Below are positions 59,927 to 64,000 of a stretch of 64,000 nt of DNA, piece after piece. This DNA is from Candidatus Latescibacterota bacterium (GTDB lineage: Bacteria; Latescibacterota; UBA2968; UBA8231), in NCBI GenBank assembly GCA_965217585.1, contig OZ244561.1, forward strand, positions 5,952,001 to 6,016,000, written 5' to 3'. Position 1 is the stretch's first letter, and each line of letters opens with the position of its first letter. The notes beneath the pieces are model-generated. The model was not told where the DNA came from. It saw only the letters and a program-made list of their open reading frames with translations, and searched no databases. The position numbers were made by a program, and so were the translations under genes.

Positions 59927-62662
59927 TTGAGCGAATCCAAGCTCATTATCAATAGATTGCGAAATGCTCTAGATGGGACGCGGGAGGTCGGCCGCCGACT
60001 TCGCACAGCACTGCCAATAATAGGGATCGGCATCGGACTGAGTTCGGGCCTGGCACAGGAGGCCGACGCCCAGTTCCTCAACCGCGGCGAGTACCCCCTG
60101 TGGCAGCGGGAGGCCTACGAGAACTACGCGGACATCAGCTACCTCGACTACGATATTGAGCGCGAACGGCGCACCTACGACGCCTTTGGAGCCTTCATGC
60201 TCGATGGCGTCGATCTCCTGCGCATAGAGGAATACCGCACGATACATCCTTTCAACGGCAGCATCATCTTCGAAAACCCCCTCAACCGCAACCTTTTTCA
60301 AAACTTGGTCGTAGTCGGCGACAGCTACGCCAGTTGGAACACCCGGCTGACCGTGGGCCGCGCCGTCGACGCCCACTTCACGCCGCTGACCTTGCACGCC
60401 TCGCGCCTCAACGGCGTGCGCTGGGATGCGGCCACCCGCAGAAATCGCTTCTCGGTGGTGGCCTCGCGCATATCGAGCCCGCTACTTGGCTTTGGACAAC
60501 GCACTCGCTCGTTTGCCAATTATCTCTACGGCGGCCGCTGGGAAGGTACCGTGGGTGGAATCCTCACCTTTGGGGCCTCCTACGTCAACCTGCACTACAT
60601 CGACAGTTTGAGCGGTCGCAAAAAGGTTTCGCAGAAGGGCAATGTGCCCGAGCGTTTACTACCGCCCCAATCGCTGTACGTCGCAGTATACGACGATTCT
60701 CCGGGCGATGACTCCGGGGCGCGGGTCCACGATATCACAGTACTCGTGGACGGGGTGCCGCAGCCGGATATAGAACCCGAGGTGATCAGGGTCGCCGATG
60801 TCGCCGGTCAGCGAGAACTCACCTCGGCAGACATTGACCACCTGCGGCGCTACGGTTCTTGGTTGGGAGCGCTCATGTCGTGGCGCACTTTCAGCAAGAT
60901 GATCGGCCGAGCAGACCCCGTCGAAGCAGGGGATGAGGATTTCCTCGAAGCCAGCGGCACGGATGTGCTGGTCTATCGCTTCGACGTGCCCGCAGAGGCC
61001 GGGTCGGCGGCATTTGACGCCACGGTCTCGAACGACTACAGCATAGATGTGGCCGCGCCTATTGGCCAGCGCGGGGTGGCGGGCATCACCTTTGACGACT
61101 GGCACAATGTTCGGCGCGCGCGCGGCAATCCGCGCAACGACTCTCCTCAGCAAGAGCATTTCCGCTACGGGTTGAACACCGGCGTGGTCACCTATGGAGC
61201 GGATGTGAAACTCGACTTCCACGATCTGACGGTGGAAGCCGAGTATGCGCGCAATTTCTCGCACTTCCAGTACCCCGTCTTTGAAGGCCGGCGCTCCACG
61301 GGCCAGCGCGACGCCTATTTCGTCGCCGCAAATCGGCCCTTTGGGCGCTGGAACTTAGGGGGGGAATTCTTTCGCCTGCCCGCCACCTTTGCCACGGGCT
61401 TCACGTACTGGCGTCCCGAGGGCAGCTCCTTTGAGACCTTTGAACTAGTCGAAGACAACGACGACCGCGACCAGTGGCCCGACGCCTGGGAACACTGGGA
61501 TCCGCTGGATCCCGCATTCTCCCTCGACATCGTGGCGCGGGCCACGCCCGAAGCCAAGGACAACCTAAGCCCGGAGCCCAACAAGGCCATTGGTTTTGGC
61601 GTCTTCCCCGGACTTGATGAGGACCGCGACGGCACGCAGGACACCAATGTGAACGAGAATCGCCTGCCGGACTACGAGGAACCCTTCCTGATGTACTATG
61701 TCGATCCCGACGACTTTGTCTTTGGCGACGATTTCAATAACAACAAGATTGTCGATGCGCGCGAAAACGACAATCTGCCGGACTACCCCTACGAACTGGA
61801 CTCCAAAGGCCCCCACCTCTTTGCGAGCTACAATCCCTTGGACAGCCTGAGTGTAACCGTGGGCTACTACGATATCGAGCAGATTGCCGGCGGCGGCGAG
61901 AATCGCACCGCTTATACGCGGGTACTCTACCGCTGGCCGCTGTCGAGTTGGGGGCAGCTAAACCTCAACTATATTGGCAAGCGGGTGCGCGACAACATCC
62001 CCACCTCGACCTACCAAGTAGTCGTCGACCCGCGCGTGCTGGAGAACTTCTCCATCGAGATCCGGCCGGACCCGCTGGAGATGCGCAACAGCTTGGCCAA
62101 CACCTTTTTCGGTCGCACGCGCTTCCACTTGGTCGATCACCTGCGGGCCGAGACTATCCTGCGCTTTGATACCAACAAGCAATTCGCAGAGCAGGAGGGA
62201 GATTCCCTCATCCAGGAGGAGGGAACCCGCAACGCTTGGGCCTTGGTGGCCAAGGCCGATTATACCTATGACTGGGGGCCTTTCAGCCTCCTGCCAATGT
62301 TCAAGTTCACCATGCAGAAGCAAACCTTCTCCAACGTCGACGCCTCCTTGGTGGAAAACCGCAGCATGTTTCCGATTGTGCGCCTCGACTACCGGGCTTC
62401 GGAGCGCACTGTCATCCGCGCCGGGCTACAGGGATTGCCGTTTTTCAAACACCGCTGGCGCAATCAAGTCGATCCCTTCGAAGACTTCGATGCGCGTCAC
62501 TGGATCTTGGTGCTGCAGACCCGAGACAACTACGTCGGATACGATCTCAGTTTCCTCTTGGGCTTCCGCTCGAGCCGCTTCAAGTTTTTAGAACTGGAAG
62601 CGCCGGAGGGCGATCCCACCGAGCGGACCAGCGAGATGTTCCTGCAGATACGAGTTGGGTAG
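59927..62662 (+). CDS. large exported protein, probable outer-membrane beta-barrel with Asp-rich Ca-binding-like loops
   Basis: Signal-like ...LAQEADA/Q, amphipathic strands, DNDDRDQWPD, DEDRDGTQD, C-terminal FLQIRVG. Start uncertain. Confidence 0.7.
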   Translation: MSESKLIINRLRNALDGTREVGRRLRTALPIIGIGIGLSSGLAQEADAQFLNRGEYPLWQREAYENYADISYLDYDIERERRTYDAFGAFMLDGVDLLRIEEYRTIHPFNGSIIFENPLNRNLFQNLVVVGDSYASWNTRLTVGRAVDAHFTPLTLHASRLNGVRWDAATRRNRFSVVASRISSPLLGFGQRTRSFANYLYGGRWEGTVGGILTFGASYVNLHYIDSLSGRKKVSQKGNVPERLLPPQSLYVAVYDDSPGDDSGARVHDITVLVDGVPQPDIEPEVIRVADVAGQRELTSADIDHLRRYGSWLGALMSWRTFSKMIGRADPVEAGDEDFLEASGTDVLVYRFDVPAEAGSAAFDATVSNDYSIDVAAPIGQRGVAGITFDDWHNVRRARGNPRNDSPQQEHFRYGLNTGVVTYGADVKLDFHDLTVEAEYARNFSHFQYPVFEGRRSTGQRDAYFVAANRPFGRWNLGGEFFRLPATFATGFTYWRPEGSSFETFELVEDNDDRDQWPDAWEHWDPLDPAFSLDIVARATPEAKDNLSPEPNKAIGFGVFPGLDEDRDGTQDTNVNENRLPDYEEPFLMYYVDPDDFVFGDDFNNNKIVDARENDNLPDYPYELDSKGPHLFASYNPLDSLSVTVGYYDIEQIAGGGENRTAYTRVLYRWPLSSWGQLNLNYIGKRVRDNIPTSTYQVVVDPRVLENFSIEIRPDPLEMRNSLANTFFGRTRFHLVDHLRAETILRFDTNKQFAEQEGDSLIQEEGTRNAWALVAKADYTYDWGPFSLLPMFKFTMQKQTFSNVDASLVENRSMFPIVRLDYRASERTVIRAGLQGLPFFKHRWRNQVDPFEDFDARHWILVLQTRDNYVGYDLSFLLGFRSSRFKFLELEAPEGDPTERTSEMFLQIRVG

Positions 62663-62666
62663 AGCT

Positions 62667-64000
62667 ATGTCGTCTAGACTGCACAACTCATGTCGGCTTT
62701 GCGCCATTGCTTGCTTGGTGCTACTGGTCATTGCCGGTGGGGCGGCCGGTCAGTTGCTCTTCAAGGAAAAGCCGCGCTACGAAAACTACGGCGAGCAGGG
62801 GTATCGCCAATACGGTCGGGGCCTAGTCGGGCGCTCCACCGAGTATCTCTTCGACGAGATGGGGGAGTTCCTCATGGACGGCGTCGAGGTCTACTCCCTG
62901 CGCGAAGACAGAGTAGAGGCCGAGCGGGTGCCAGCGGGCAGCACTATGCGGAAGCACGATTTCTACTACCGCTTCATCAATGGCCTAGCCATTGTGCGCG
63001 ACCGCTACAAGGGTTTTACCACCCAGTTGCTGGTCGGCGATCACATCCGCACTCACTTTACCCCGCTGACCCTCGATCTAGCGGCGCTGAATGGAATCCG
63101 CTGGGATCTACAGGGCAAGGGACACCGCTTCAGTCTGCTGACCTCGCGCCGCGATCGGCCCGGATTTACCTTGAAAGGCGCGCGCGCTACGCGTCGGTTG
63201 AATTTTGCCACCTACCTGCTGGGCGGCCATTGGGAAAGCAAGTTGGGGCCGATCAACTTGGGAGCCACCTTTACCAATCAGTACCGGATCGACAGTCTGG
63301 TAGGCACCGAGGGCAGCAGCATCAGGGGCATGATCCCGAGCAACGTCGAGGATCAGCAGTTGCTGGTGGTAAAGGTCGCCAATGCGCAGGAGAGGCTGGG
63401 TGACCACGTGCGCGTGTACGACGTCATTTTGACCCTCAATGGCGAGCAAAGGGATATAAAACCAAAAGTAACCCGCCACGACGAGCGGGAGATTGACCCG
63501 CTCTACCCCAACGGCGACCGCGGCTTTCCCGAGTGGCAGTCCATCCCGCCTTACAAGCAGTTCATCTTGGAACAGTTGCCCCTCGAAGACCCCGGACCCG
63601 AGGGCGATTTCCGCGCCAGTGATACCGAGTACTTGCTCTTCTGGTTCGAATTGCCCGATCCCAAAAAAGAGGAGGATATCCAGCAGGCGAGCTTTGATAT
63701 ACTGGTGGCCGACAATTACGAAGTCTGGGTTTCCGAGGTCTATATCGAGGTGCCTATTGCGCAGAAGATCGATCCGGGACAGCGCAATCGCGTTTCTTAT
63801 TTTTCCAAGGTTGCCGGAAATGACAAGGCGGTTGTGGACCGCTCCAACCTGCGATGGGTGCGGTTTGAGTACGGGCGCCAGACGGGCAATATGGTCTTTG
63901 GCGCGCACGCCGAAACCCATGTTAAGGGTTTCGAGTTCGGAGCCGAGTACAATGTCAATCTGAGCCACTTGCAGTATCCCGACCTAGCGGGCACGCGCCA
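62667..64000 (+). CDS. paralog of 59927-62662 (runs off window end)
   Basis: ATG at 62667, signal peptide. YENYG, FDEMGEFLMDGV, HFTPLTLDLAALNGIRWD and YLLGGHWE match the upstream gene. Absent from the ORF track, presumably because no stop lies in the window. Confidence 0.8.
   Translation, partial: MSSRLHNSCRLCAIACLVLLVIAGGAAGQLLFKEKPRYENYGEQGYRQYGRGLVGRSTEYLFDEMGEFLMDGVEVYSLREDRVEAERVPAGSTMRKHDFYYRFINGLAIVRDRYKGFTTQLLVGDHIRTHFTPLTLDLAALNGIRWDLQGKGHRFSLLTSRRDRPGFTLKGARATRRLNFATYLLGGHWESKLGPINLGATFTNQYRIDSLVGTEGSSIRGMIPSNVEDQQLLVVKVANAQERLGDHVRVYDVILTLNGEQRDIKPKVTRHDEREIDPLYPNGDRGFPEWQSIPPYKQFILEQLPLEDPGPEGDFRASDTEYLLFWFELPDPKKEEDIQQASFDILVADNYEVWVSEVYIEVPIAQKIDPGQRNRVSYFSKVAGNDKAVVDRSNLRWVRFEYGRQTGNMVFGAHAETHVKGFEFGAEYNVNLSHLQYPDLAGTR

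Noticed and set aside
62690-63994. ORFs 62690-63403(+), 63108-63968(-) and 63493-63963(+)
   Set aside because: They are shadow frames of the CDS starting at 62667, which is homologous to the upstream gene.

Overview
GC-rich bacterial chromosome segment. The gene content (9 PhyH-family Fe/2OG oxygenases, sulfatases, FG-GAP and Asp-box proteins, 4 tandem DUF6785-like membrane proteins, a FlgD-Ig secreted protein) suggests a Latescibacterota/Poribacteria/Gemmatimonadota-like, possibly sponge-associated organism; this is inference only. The main accessory feature is a ~16.7 kb minus-strand defence island (13033-29699). Its core is restriction-like: DUF1156 adenine methyltransferase, DUF499 ATPase, and SNF2 helicase-DUF3883 nuclease. 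Four cargo modules are embedded in it: ABC/AAA ATPase plus small PD-(D/E)XK-like protein; HATPase-STAS-PIN; Schlafen/AlbA; and dual-OB plus two DUF488 proteins. Both predicted effector genes are broken. An 81-bp MITE with a TAA duplication splits the helicase, and a deletion/frameshift removes part of the ATPase's Swt1-like HEPN domain. The methyltransferase is intact. The island's left edge abuts a degraded, internally deleted copy of the PhyH genes on its right side. Five of the nine PhyH proteins lack the carboxylate iron ligand, a halogenase-like pattern. Several intergenic regions are mosaics of short gene remnants. At the right end, a divergent envelope locus (TonB-like lipoprotein, DUF4159, Fn3 lipoprotein / FlgD-Ig protein, two large paralogous barrel-like proteins) is split by an apparently intact IS4-superfamily element. 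No rRNA, tRNA, CRISPR array or integrase was seen. Family assignments come from motif recognition by eye, not from database searches.
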